A stretch of DNA of 64,000 nt, taken from positions 17,806 through 81,805 of the forward strand of contig JAQURK010000001.1 in assembly GCA_028715645.1 (NCBI GenBank), read 5' to 3'. This stretch comes from Candidatus Omnitrophota bacterium. Lineage in GTDB: Bacteria > Omnitrophota > Gorgyraeia > JABMQH01. The translations under genes and the position numbers were made by a program. The notes under the pieces were generated by a model. It searched no databases and was not told where the DNA came from. It saw only the letters and a list, made by a program, of their open reading frames with translations. This document shows, piece by piece, positions 1 to 8,010 of this stretch (position 1 is its first letter; each line of letters opens with the position of its first letter).

Positions 1-15
1 TAAGCGCTTTCCTGG

Positions 16-909
16 TCATTTTTCCGGAATTTCTTCTTTCTTTTCTTCAAGCAGCGATTCATTTATTTTCACATTCGCCTTAGCCCTTAGACCCGAAACC
101 AGTTTATCAAACGCCTCCCGTTTTTTATTTGCCAAAAGCTCGTTTGAAATCTTTGCCGACACGCTTTTTAAATCCTGTTGTTCGGCCGGTTTTTTATCTG
201 TCAATTTTATGATATGGTACCCAAATTGGGTCTTTACGACCGGGCTAAGCTGCCCCACCTCGAGCTTCGTTACCGCCTCTTCAAACTCAGGCACCATTTG
301 TCCCTTTGTAAAATAACCGAGATCGCCGCCCTTTTGGGCCGAACTATCCTGCGATTTGGTCTTCGCCAGTTCCTCAAAGGAAGCGCCCTTGGAGAGTTCA
401 TCCAGTATGGCTGCCGCTTCTTCCTCGGTTTTCACGAGTATATGGGATGCCCTCCATTTTTCCGGGACATAAAATTCGTCCTTATGGGTATTATAATATT
501 CTTCTATCTGTTGATCGGAAACCTTTGTCTTTTCCTCTACATCATCCTTGATAAGTTTTGATATCATTATCTTTCGCTGAGCCTCTTCCACCATCTCCTT
601 GACCTCCTTATCATTCTGGAGGCCTTTTTTCAAGGCTTCGCTATAAAGGATCTTCTCAAGGACCATATCGTCAACCAGTTCCTTTTTGCGGCCTTTTACC
701 ATGTTCTGGTAATAAGGCGGCAATTTTGAAATCCTCTCATCCACATCTTTCATTGTAATAACGTCGCCGTTAATGTTTGCCACGACGTCTTTCCGCGCCG
801 CGGACGGGGCAGTCTTTGATTTTCCGCATCCCGTAAAAATAACGAGCCCCGCGCCCAATAATACCGTTACGGCGGCCAGCGCAATCCTTCCAAATTTGTT
901 TTCTTTCAT
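16..909 (-). CDS. Parvulin/PpiC-type peptidyl-prolyl cis-trans isomerase, lipoprotein (PrsA/SurA-like)
   Basis: 297-aa ORF. N-terminal signal peptide with lipobox (LIFTGCG). C-terminal parvulin rotamase region with the GYHIIK-type motif. Confidence 0.75.
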   Translation of the reverse strand: MKENKFGRIALAAVTVLLGAGLVIFTGCGKSKTAPSAARKDVVANINGDVITMKDVDERISKLPPYYQNMVKGRKKELVDDMVLEKILYSEALKKGLQNDKEVKEMVEEAQRKIMISKLIKDDVEEKTKVSDQQIEEYYNTHKDEFYVPEKWRASHILVKTEEEAAAILDELSKGASFEELAKTKSQDSSAQKGGDLGYFTKGQMVPEFEEAVTKLEVGQLSPVVKTQFGYHIIKLTDKKPAEQQDLKSVSAKISNELLANKKREAFDKLVSGLRAKANVKINESLLEEKKEEIPEK

Positions 910-968
910 TTCTCTCCTCCTATTTTCTTAATATAATAACATAATCATACCCTTAAATACAACTTTTT

Positions 969-2942
969 TTATCCCTCCTCTTTTAAATTTGTAACCGCGC
1001 TTTTTAACAATCTGCAATAGAGGTCAAAACCCACGGCCTCTATGTAGCCGTGCTGCTCGGAACCAAGGAGGTTTCCGGCGCCCCTCAGCTGAAGGTCCTC
1101 CATGGCTATTTTAAAACCAGAACCCAGTTCTGTAAAATTCTTTATCGCAAGCAGCCGTTTTTCTATATCCTTCGTCAGGATGATATTATTCGGTATTAAA
1201 AAAAAGGCGTAGGCCTTTCGTTTGAATCTTCCTACGCGGCCCCTCAATTGATAAAGGTCGGCAAGTCCAAACATGTCCGCCCTGTTTACGATTATCGTAT
1301 TCGCGTTCGGTATGTCTATACCCGATTCTATGATGGCCGTCGATACCAGAACATCTATCCGGCCGTTTATGAAGCCGGCCATGGCGTTTTCAAGCATTTT
1401 CTCCGACATCTGTCCGTGGGCAATCTCAACGCGGGCCTCAGGCGCCAGGGACTTGATGTGGGCGGCTATTTTTTCTATTCCCAGTATGCGGTTGTGCAGA
1501 AAAAAAACCTGGCCCTTCCTTTCCAGCTCATTTCCTATGGCCTCCTTTATCAGTTTTTCGTCATATTCGCTGACATGCGTCTCGACAGGAAGTCTGTCCT
1601 GAGGAGGCGTGGCAATTATGGAAAGGTCCTTGGCGCCCATGAGAGACATGTATAAGGTCCTGGGTATCGGCGTGGCGGTTAGGGTAAGAACATCCACCAT
1701 CAGGCGCAGCCTTTTTAATTTTTCCTTGTGTCTTACTCCGAACCTCTGTTCCTCGTCGACAATCACGAGCCCCAGGTCCTTGAATTTTATGTCATCCGAA
1801 AGCAGCCTGTGGGTCCCTATCAGTATATCGACGCCGCCGTCCGAAAGGCCTTTTATGATTTCCTGCTGCTCTTTTTCCGTCCTGAACCTGCTAAGCATCC
1901 TTACCGTTACGGGATACCTGGAAAGCCGCAAGCTGAATGTATTATAATGCTGTTCCGCCAGGATCGTGGTCGGCACGAGAACCGCGGCTTGTTTATTATC
2001 CATTACCGCCTTAAACGCCGCCCTGAGGGCGACCTCTGTCTTGCCGTATCCCACATCGCCGCAGAGGAGCCTGTCCATGGGCCTTGAGGATTCCATGTCC
2101 TTTTTTACCTCTATGGTCGAGCGCCTCTGGTCCGGCGTCTCTTCATACGGAAAGGCCTCTTCAAGCTCCCGCTGCCAATCCGTGTCCTTTGAAAAACTAA
2201 AACCTGAAAGTGAGGCCCGTTTTGCCTGCAGCTCCAGAAGCTCGTATGCAAGCGTAAAAACGCCCTTCTTCGCCCTCTCTTTTACCTTCTGCCACAGGTT
2301 TGAGCCCAACTTATAAAGCCGCGGCGGCCTGCCCTCAAAGCCAATATATCTTTGAATAAGGTTGAGTTCGGTTGAAGGGACATACAGGATCTCCTTGTCC
2401 TGATATTCGATAACAAAATGGTCGAGGAAGGCCTTTCCCGTCTTAAGACGCTTTAAACCCCTGTACACGCCTATCCCGTGATCGACGTGGACCACAAGAT
2501 CGCCGGGTGAGATATCGACAAAATTATTTATGGGGATCTCTTCCGTAAATATGAGCGGCGCCCTTATCTTATGCGGCCTCAAGCGCGAGACGGGCAGGAT
2601 GATCGCGATCTGATGCTCCTGGGCATAATTTCCGGTCTGCGGGTCAAAGCCTCTTATCCTCTCGACGATGCTGCCGGAAAATTGTATCCTCACGGGCAGC
2701 TCGAAAGTGACAGGGAACACGTCAATCACTTCGCCCCTGCGGCTAAAGTCGCCTTCTTCGCACACCTGGACGGCATTCGTGTAGCCGAAGTCTATCAGCC
2801 CTTCGACAAACTTCATCACATTCACCGTCTCTTTCACATATATCTTTATACTCTCAAACATAATTGTTTCTCGTGACGGGGCAGCTCGACCGGCGGGCAG
2901 CCTTTCGGCTTGTTTTGCTGCGGCCTGCAATTGATATGTCAT
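969..2942 (-). CDS. mfd: Transcription-repair coupling factor Mfd, short form (about 650 aa)
   Basis: Has a CarD/RID-like segment (DLVVHVDHGIGVY...ILYVPSTELNLIQRY), helicase motif I (GDVGYGKTEVALRAA), motif II (DEEQRFGV) and motif VI (QLRGRVGR). The N-terminal approximately 130 aa (D1a) and the D3 and D7 domains of a 1150-aa Mfd are absent. The upstream spacer is only 200 bp. Confidence 0.75.
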   Translation of the reverse strand: MTYQLQAAAKQAERLPAGRAAPSRETIMFESIKIYVKETVNVMKFVEGLIDFGYTNAVQVCEEGDFSRRGEVIDVFPVTFELPVRIQFSGSIVERIRGFDPQTGNYAQEHQIAIILPVSRLRPHKIRAPLIFTEEIPINNFVDISPGDLVVHVDHGIGVYRGLKRLKTGKAFLDHFVIEYQDKEILYVPSTELNLIQRYIGFEGRPPRLYKLGSNLWQKVKERAKKGVFTLAYELLELQAKRASLSGFSFSKDTDWQRELEEAFPYEETPDQRRSTIEVKKDMESSRPMDRLLCGDVGYGKTEVALRAAFKAVMDNKQAAVLVPTTILAEQHYNTFSLRLSRYPVTVRMLSRFRTEKEQQEIIKGLSDGGVDILIGTHRLLSDDIKFKDLGLVIVDEEQRFGVRHKEKLKRLRLMVDVLTLTATPIPRTLYMSLMGAKDLSIIATPPQDRLPVETHVSEYDEKLIKEAIGNELERKGQVFFLHNRILGIEKIAAHIKSLAPEARVEIAHGQMSEKMLENAMAGFINGRIDVLVSTAIIESGIDIPNANTIIVNRADMFGLADLYQLRGRVGRFKRKAYAFFLIPNNIILTKDIEKRLLAIKNFTELGSGFKIAMEDLQLRGAGNLLGSEQHGYIEAVGFDLYCRLLKSAVTNLKEEG

Positions 2943-3148
2943 GTTATGTCATCCCGAATGTAGTATCTTTTTGGGTTATTCTTCGGGATTCATTCAATTG
3001 CTACGGCCGCAACGCAAAACATTACGCCTCAAGGCAGACCCGCCGGTAGCTGCCCCTTAGCTCACATTGAGAGAAATTTTTACGGTCAGCTAGTAAAGGG
3101 GTCCCCCGAGGGGTGGTGCCGAAGCGGGACGTGAAAATTTCTCCTTCA

Positions 3149-4879
3149 TTACATCTTGTTGGGTGCGGAAACGCCGAGGAGTTTAAGGCCGCTGGCAAGA
3201 ATGATGCGCGCGCAGTCCACAAGGAAGAGCCTCGCCTTAGTCAATTCCGCATCATCGTTTATCACCCTGTGCCTGTCATAAAAGCCGTGGAATGCGCCCG
3301 CAAGTTCCTGCAGGTACGCGACCAGGCCGTGAGGCTCAAGTGTGAGGCCGCAAACCTCTATCACATGCGGAAACTTCCAGAGGAACTTAATCAGGTCTAT
3401 CTCTTCCTTTTCCTTTAACATTGCCATCAGCCTCTCATCGGCCGCTGGAGCCCTTTCCTTCTCAAGGATGCTGCATATCCTCGCATGGGCATACTGCACA
3501 TAATATACGGGGTTCTGAGGGCTGTGTTTCTTCGCCAGCTCCAGGTCAAAGTCAAGGTGGCTGTCGGCCTTCCGCATCAGGAAGAAAAACCTTCCGGCGT
3601 CCCTGCCGACTTCATCTATCAATTCCCTGAGCGTTATAAATTCGCCCTGCCTCGTAGACATGGACACCGGTTTGCCTTCCCTGAAAAGCGTCGCAAGCTG
3701 TATTATGATTACGGAAAGGGAATCCTTGTCAAAGCCGAGGGCCTGTATAGCGGCCTTGAGCCGGGGGATATATCCATGATGGTCCGGACCCCAGATATCT
3801 ATCAATTTATCAAACCCGCGCGCGAATTTATCCTTATGATAGGCGATATCCGGCGCCAGGTAGGTATACGAACCATCGCTTTTTATGACAACTCTGTCCT
3901 TATCATCCCCGAATGCCGTTGATTTGAACCATGAGGCCCCTTCGCTGTCATATACAAACTCCTTGTCCCTTAAAGATTTTATTTGAGCTTCTATTTTTCC
4001 CGACTTCCCCAGTTTTGCCTGGCTGTACCATATGTCAAACCTGATGCCGAAATCGTCCAGGTCTTTTTTTATCGTGCCCATTATCCAGTCGCAGCTGAAA
4101 TGAAGGAATTCCTGCTTCCTGCGGTCGGAGGCCTCGACAAATCTTGATTTGTATTTATCCTCCATGGCCTTTGCGATGTCATAAATATAACCGCCTTTAT
4201 ATCCGTTCTCGGGGAAGTTAAATTCTTTTTTATGAAGCTCAAGGTACCTGGCGAGCACCGAATCGGCCAGGATAGACATCTGGACGCCTTCATCGTTTAT
4301 ATAATATTCCCGCGTCACTTTATATCCGCAAAATTCAAGGATGTTCGCGAGGGAATCGCCGAACGCGGCTTGCCTGGCATGGGCTATAGTAAGCGGCCCT
4401 GTCGGGTTCGCGCTTACGAACTCAGCGAGGACCTTTTTCCCGGCGCCTATCGAGCGGCGGCCGAAATTTTCCTGAGCGCTTGATAATTCTTCCAGGCAAT
4501 TATAAAAAATCCCGTCTGAGAGCCAAAGGTTAATGAACCCGGGCGGTTTAACCTCAAATTTCCTGACCGCGCCTTTTAGCGGCGATTTATTTAAATTTTC
4601 CTCGATGATCGGTATCAATAATGCCGCGAAATCGGCGGGGCGTTTCCCGGCGGCGGCGGCAAGCCTCATGGCGATATTGGTAAAAAGATCGCCATGCTCC
4701 ATCTGCTTGGGGATTTCAAGCTGGACCTGGACATCGTCAGGCAGCCGCTGAAACTCCTTTTTTAGCTGGATTATCGAATCTCTGATCAGGCGGGAGATTT
4801 CTTCTTCGATACCGTGGTTCTTGCGCATCGGGTCTGTTTCTTGGTTTTTGGGAAAGTCACATGAGGGGCGTCGCCCCAT
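3149..4879 (-). CDS. argS: Arginine--tRNA ligase
   Basis: ANPTGPLTIAHARQAAFGD (HIGH-class motif region), DHHGYIPRL, and a C-terminal anticodon-binding domain. The true start is probably the internal MRKNHG near 4828. Confidence 0.9.
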   Translation of the reverse strand: MGRRPSCDFPKNQETDPMRKNHGIEEEISRLIRDSIIQLKKEFQRLPDDVQVQLEIPKQMEHGDLFTNIAMRLAAAAGKRPADFAALLIPIIEENLNKSPLKGAVRKFEVKPPGFINLWLSDGIFYNCLEELSSAQENFGRRSIGAGKKVLAEFVSANPTGPLTIAHARQAAFGDSLANILEFCGYKVTREYYINDEGVQMSILADSVLARYLELHKKEFNFPENGYKGGYIYDIAKAMEDKYKSRFVEASDRRKQEFLHFSCDWIMGTIKKDLDDFGIRFDIWYSQAKLGKSGKIEAQIKSLRDKEFVYDSEGASWFKSTAFGDDKDRVVIKSDGSYTYLAPDIAYHKDKFARGFDKLIDIWGPDHHGYIPRLKAAIQALGFDKDSLSVIIIQLATLFREGKPVSMSTRQGEFITLRELIDEVGRDAGRFFFLMRKADSHLDFDLELAKKHSPQNPVYYVQYAHARICSILEKERAPAADERLMAMLKEKEEIDLIKFLWKFPHVIEVCGLTLEPHGLVAYLQELAGAFHGFYDRHRVINDDAELTKARLFLVDCARIILASGLKLLGVSAPNKM

Positions 4880-5223
4880 AGCCGTTCGAGCTTATAAAAA
4901 GAGCGCGCCTCGTTATGCAGTATATGTACGACAACCGTATTATAATCCAAAAGGACCCACCGGCCTTCGTTATAACCCTCTATATGCCAGGGACGGACTT
5001 TCTTTTTTTTAAGCGACTCTATGATCCCGTCCGCTATGGCCTTTGCCTGACGAGTGGATCCCGCGCTGCATATAAAAAAATAATCGCAGAGATTAGAGGC
5101 CTTGCGCAAATCAAGCGCTATGATCTCCTGGGCCTTCTTATCATCTGCACTTTGTTTTATTAAAAGCAGTAAACTGCTTATTTTCCTAATATCTTGAACA
5201 TCCCGGTCCCGCAGGTCGGGCAT
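4786..5223 (-). CDS. rsfS: Ribosomal silencing factor RsfS (Iojap family)
   Basis: IIALDLRK...DYFFICSAGSTRQAKAIADGI...HIEG...WVLLDYNTVVVHI...FYKLERLW matches RsfS. The start is uncertain: the ORF overlaps the upstream zinc-ribbon ORF and argS, so it may begin downstream of the annotated Met. Confidence 0.8.
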   Translation of the reverse strand: MPDLRDRDVQDIRKISSLLLLIKQSADDKKAQEIIALDLRKASNLCDYFFICSAGSTRQAKAIADGIIESLKKKKVRPWHIEGYNEGRWVLLDYNTVVVHILHNEARSFYKLERLWGDAPHVTFPKTKKQTRCARTTVSKKKSPA

Positions 5224-5366
5224 TTTCCTTTCATTGCCTCACGGCCGTTCTTCATGGTAACCTTGGCGGGATCCTTCATTTCCCTCTTTTCCTTGCACTT
5301 TAAACAATATCCTTCCATTTTCATCCTCCGATTTTTTCTTTGTTTAACAACTTTTTCCGCGTTCAA
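5178..5366 (-). CDS. Small Lys-rich zinc-ribbon protein (C-x2-C ... C-x2-C)
   Basis: 62-aa ORF with CLKC...CPTCG. It sits in a tightly packed, same-strand operon context. Family not recognised. Confidence 0.5.
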   Translation of the reverse strand: MNAEKVVKQRKNRRMKMEGYCLKCKEKREMKDPAKVTMKNGREAMKGKCPTCGTGMFKILGK

Positions 5367-5409
5367 CGAAAAAGTCTATCATATCGCTTACATTCGGTCA
5401 AGGGTAATC

Positions 5410-5979
5410 TTATATATAGAGTTTACTCTTTTCAATATATTCCCTCACCGCATCAGGAACCAGATACCTTATGGACCTGGCTTCCTTCAATCTTTTCCGT
5501 ATATCGCTTGAGGAAATCTCCATCCCGGTTATGGCCACCATCTGGATCGCCTTCGGTACGCCCTGTATCGGAAAACCGGGCCTGTTGGCCACTATGAAGT
5601 TGGAAAGCGCCAGTATCTCATCTATTTTTTTCCATGAAAACAGCTCCTTAAGCGAGTCAGAGCCTGTAATAAAGAAGAATTCGGTATCAGGGGGGAATTG
5701 CGCCTTAAATTTTTTTATTGTATCAACCGAATAGGATTTCTCCCTGGCATCGATCTCTATTTTTGAGACCTCGAACCTGGGATTCCCCTTTACCGCCAGG
5801 GACACCATCTTGAATCTGTGGGCCGCGTCCAGGATCACTTCCTCTTCCTTATGCGGAGGCAGATATGAAGGGACAAATATTATCTTGTCAAGATTCAGTT
5901 TGTGTAGCGCCTCTTCGGCCAAAATCAAATGGCCGATATGGATCGGATTGAATGTCCCGCCTAATATTCCTATTTTCAT
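5410..5979 (-). CDS. nadD: Nicotinate-nucleotide adenylyltransferase
   Basis: MKIGILGGTFNPIHIGHL (HxGH nucleotidyltransferase motif), ~190 aa, NadD-like throughout. Confidence 0.9.
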   Translation of the reverse strand: MKIGILGGTFNPIHIGHLILAEEALHKLNLDKIIFVPSYLPPHKEEEVILDAAHRFKMVSLAVKGNPRFEVSKIEIDAREKSYSVDTIKKFKAQFPPDTEFFFITGSDSLKELFSWKKIDEILALSNFIVANRPGFPIQGVPKAIQMVAITGMEISSSDIRKRLKEARSIRYLVPDAVREYIEKSKLYI

Positions 5980-5985
5980 ATTTAT

Positions 5986-6100
5986 TAACTTAAAAGTAAA
6001 AACGAAAAAGTAAAAACCACAACTTAAAAGTTAAAACTTATAATTAAAACTTTTTACTTTTAACTTTTGGTTTTGCCGTTTTCCTTTTGACTTTTTACTT
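5986..6100. repeat. AT-rich spacer built from an 11-mer (AAAAGTAAAAA) in both orientations
   Basis: TTAAAAGTAAAAA at 5990-6002, AAAAAGTAAAAACC at 6007-6020, TTAAAAGTTAAAAC at 6027-6040, reverse-complement TTTTTACTTTTAA at 6052-6064, and TTTTTACTTAA at about 6085-6097. These create several possible hairpins between proA and nadD. Confidence 0.5.
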
Positions 6101-6102
6101 AA

Positions 6103-7389
6103 CTACTCGCGTACCTGCCCATTACCGTATATCAAATATTTATACGTTGTCAACTCTTCCAATCCTACGGGGCCCCGGGCATGCAACTTTTCTGTCGAGA
6201 TCCCTATTTCCGCGCCCATGCCGAATTGACCTCCGTCGGTAAAACGCGTGGACGCGTTCACGTATACGCAGGCGGAATCCACATTCTTTAAAAAATAATC
6301 GGCATTCTTTTGATTATCCGTAACTATCGCGTCTGAGTGCATGGAGCCATACTTTCTTATATGGGCAACGGCTTCATTCAGGTTTTCCACCACCTTAACG
6401 GACAAGATTAAATCCAAATACTCTGTGCCCCAGTCCTTTTCGGTAGCGGCCTTTATATCCTTTCCGCCGAAGGCAGGGCCGCCTATTGAGGAAATAACCG
6501 AGCGAGTCTTCTCACAGCCCCTGATCTCAACACCGGCATCCCTGAATTTTTTCAGCATGGAAGGCAGGAACCTTGACGCTATTGCCTTATGGACCAAGAG
6601 GGTCTCCATGGCATTACATACTCCGGGCCTCTGGACCTTGGCGTTAAAACATATTGATTCAGCCATGTTTAAATCAGCGTCCTCATCCACATAGGTATGG
6701 CATATCCCCTTATAATGCTTTATAACCGGGATCTTTGACCTTAAAGAAACGAAATTTATCAGCTCTTCTCCGCCCCTTGGCATGACAAGGTCTATATAAT
6801 CTTTTTCGGCAAGCAGGACTTCTATCGCCTTCCTGTCGGTTTCTTCGATCAGGATAATCGCCCTCTCGGGCAAACCGCATGATTTTCCGGCCTTGGATAG
6901 CGCGTTGTATATTGCCGTATTTGAATTTATGGCCTCACTGCCGCCCCTCAAAATAACCGCGTTTCCCGACTTAAGACATAATCCAACGCAGTCGCTTGTA
7001 ACATTCGGCCTTGATTCGTATATGATGAATATAACGCCGATCGGAACCCTGACCTTATCTATCTGGAGGCCATTAGGCCTTTTTACGGAAGATAACTTCT
7101 CGCCTACAGGGTCTTCAAGCCCGGCGATCGTCCTTAATGACCCGGCCATTTCCTTAATCCGCCTCTCATCGAGGCGCAGCCTGTCTGTCATGGCAGGAGA
7201 AAGGCCGTTTTCGCGGGCTGTTTTAAGGTCTTGCGCGTTTGCGGCAAGGATTTTTTTAGCGCCTGCCTCCAGGCCGTCCGCCATCGCCAGAAGACACTCG
7301 TTTTTCTTAGAGGTTTCAAACGCGGCCAATCCCACCGCCGCCTCCTTCGCTCTTGCCGCCAATTGAATAATCTCATCTTTCTTTACCAT
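6103..7389 (-). CDS. proA: Glutamate-5-semialdehyde dehydrogenase (gamma-glutamyl phosphate reductase)
   Basis: 428 aa, aldehyde dehydrogenase fold with typical ProA N- and C-terminal regions (VPIGVIFIIYESRPNVT...). Confidence 0.9.
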   Translation of the reverse strand: MVKKDEIIQLAARAKEAAVGLAAFETSKKNECLLAMADGLEAGAKKILAANAQDLKTARENGLSPAMTDRLRLDERRIKEMAGSLRTIAGLEDPVGEKLSSVKRPNGLQIDKVRVPIGVIFIIYESRPNVTSDCVGLCLKSGNAVILRGGSEAINSNTAIYNALSKAGKSCGLPERAIILIEETDRKAIEVLLAEKDYIDLVMPRGGEELINFVSLRSKIPVIKHYKGICHTYVDEDADLNMAESICFNAKVQRPGVCNAMETLLVHKAIASRFLPSMLKKFRDAGVEIRGCEKTRSVISSIGGPAFGGKDIKAATEKDWGTEYLDLILSVKVVENLNEAVAHIRKYGSMHSDAIVTDNQKNADYFLKNVDSACVYVNASTRFTDGGQFGMGAEIGISTEKLHARGPVGLEELTTYKYLIYGNGQVRE

Positions 7390-7397
7390 ATGATATT

Positions 7398-7426
7398 ATT
7401 ATATCAGCGCTACCTGCCCAAAACAA
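7398..7426 (-). promoter_or_regulatory. Candidate sigma70 promoter for proA, giving a nearly leaderless transcript
   Basis: Minus strand: TTGTTT (-35, 7426-7421), a 17-nt spacer, TATAAT (-10, 7403-7398), then the ATG 9 nt downstream of the -10. Confidence 0.4.
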
Positions 7427-7675
7427 GTATTTATTGCTCGGGGTATTGTTCGCGGCGCTATAATTTTTTCGCAGTGTGCTGCGGTTTACGGCTCGTTCGT
7501 ATGCAGAAATTCCCTCGTAAGAGTAGTATTAGGGCTTTTCTCGGTCAGTTTCTGCACTCACTCGCCGTAATTCCTTGCACACCTATTATGTAAATACCAG
7601 ATGAGGCGATAAAAATTCTCATGCGCCGCTCACAACACCCCTCGCAATATATACCTCTCTCTATGCAACTTGAGA

Positions 7676-7862
7676 GGGACAGCTACCAGGGGGCCTGCCT
7701 TGAGGCGTAAAGATTTTGCGAGCGAGCGTGGGAATTGAATGAAGTCCCGACATTTATACATATTATTACTTGCTTACTTGGTCGGGACGGGAAATCTTCT
7801 ACATATCAATTCCAGCGAGCCGCAAAATTAGCCGAAGGGCAGCCCCCTGGTCAAGCTGTCCC
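7676..7862. ncRNA. Candidate structured RNA element (unclassified); strand not determined
   Basis: A ~23-bp closing stem pairs GGGACAGCUACCAGGGGGCCUGCC (7676-7699) with GGCAGCCCCCUGGUCAAGCUGUCCC (7838-7862); all pairs are Watson-Crick. Inside it sit an 8-bp stem (GGAAUUGA / UCAAUUCC) and an 8-bp apical stem (GUCCCGAC / GUCGGGAC) with a 30-nt AU-rich loop. Confidence 0.35.
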
Positions 7863-7869
7863 GGCACGG

Positions 7870-7914
7870 GTTAATCTACTTTGTTAATCAGTGAGAGGCA
7901 GAGGAAGGTGGTGA
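7870..7914. repeat. Direct repeat copy A (att-like), a duplicate of the MFS gene's 3' end
   Basis: GTTAATCTACTTTGTTAATCAGtGaGAGGCAGAGGAAGGTGGTGA. It is 43/45 identical to 10886-10930, which is the stop-proximal end of the transporter gene. It is read in the same frame as a pseudo C-terminus. Confidence 0.7.
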
Positions 7915-7916
7915 GG

Positions 7917-7951
7917 ATAAAAAAATATGAAGCCACAGATTGTGGCTTCAT
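7917..7951 (-). terminator. Rho-independent terminator of the 896-aa protein gene
   Basis: Minus strand: perfect hairpin ATGAAGCCACA-atc-TGTGGCTTCAT followed by ATTTTTTTAT, directly downstream of the stop at 8011. Confidence 0.7.
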
Positions 7952-8010
7952 ATTATATGACAGGGTGTACCTAAATAGGACGTCTGTTAATACTAATAAC
8001 TCTACAAACT

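Noticed and set aside
2998-3075. SRP (4.5S) RNA-like 9-mers (CCGCAACGC ... CAAGGCAGA ... CCGG ... UAGCUG) in the mfd-argS spacer
   Set aside because: The order matches E. coli ffs. However, only about 17 nt separate the two 9-mers. No GNRA tetraloop or domain IV helix (GGAAG...AGCAGCC) can be formed. Each 9-mer is expected by chance roughly once in a window of this size. The region also contains an argS terminator-like hairpin instead.
3022-3222. 66-aa minus-strand ORF overlapping the argS stop
   Set aside because: It overlaps the argS C-terminus out of frame and shows no conserved features.
178-4751. Numerous plus-strand ORFs (for example 178-561, 1248-1655, 3485-3922, 4232-4483)
   Set aside because: They lie entirely antisense within well-supported minus-strand genes, have no recognisable motifs and have low-complexity composition. 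They are shadow ORFs.
7390-7675. Possible T-box or riboswitch leader for proA
   Set aside because: No T-box consensus (AGGGUGGNACCGCG) or specifier/antiterminator arrangement was found. A good sigma70 promoter sits only about 9 nt from the proA ATG, so the long upstream region is not the proA leader.
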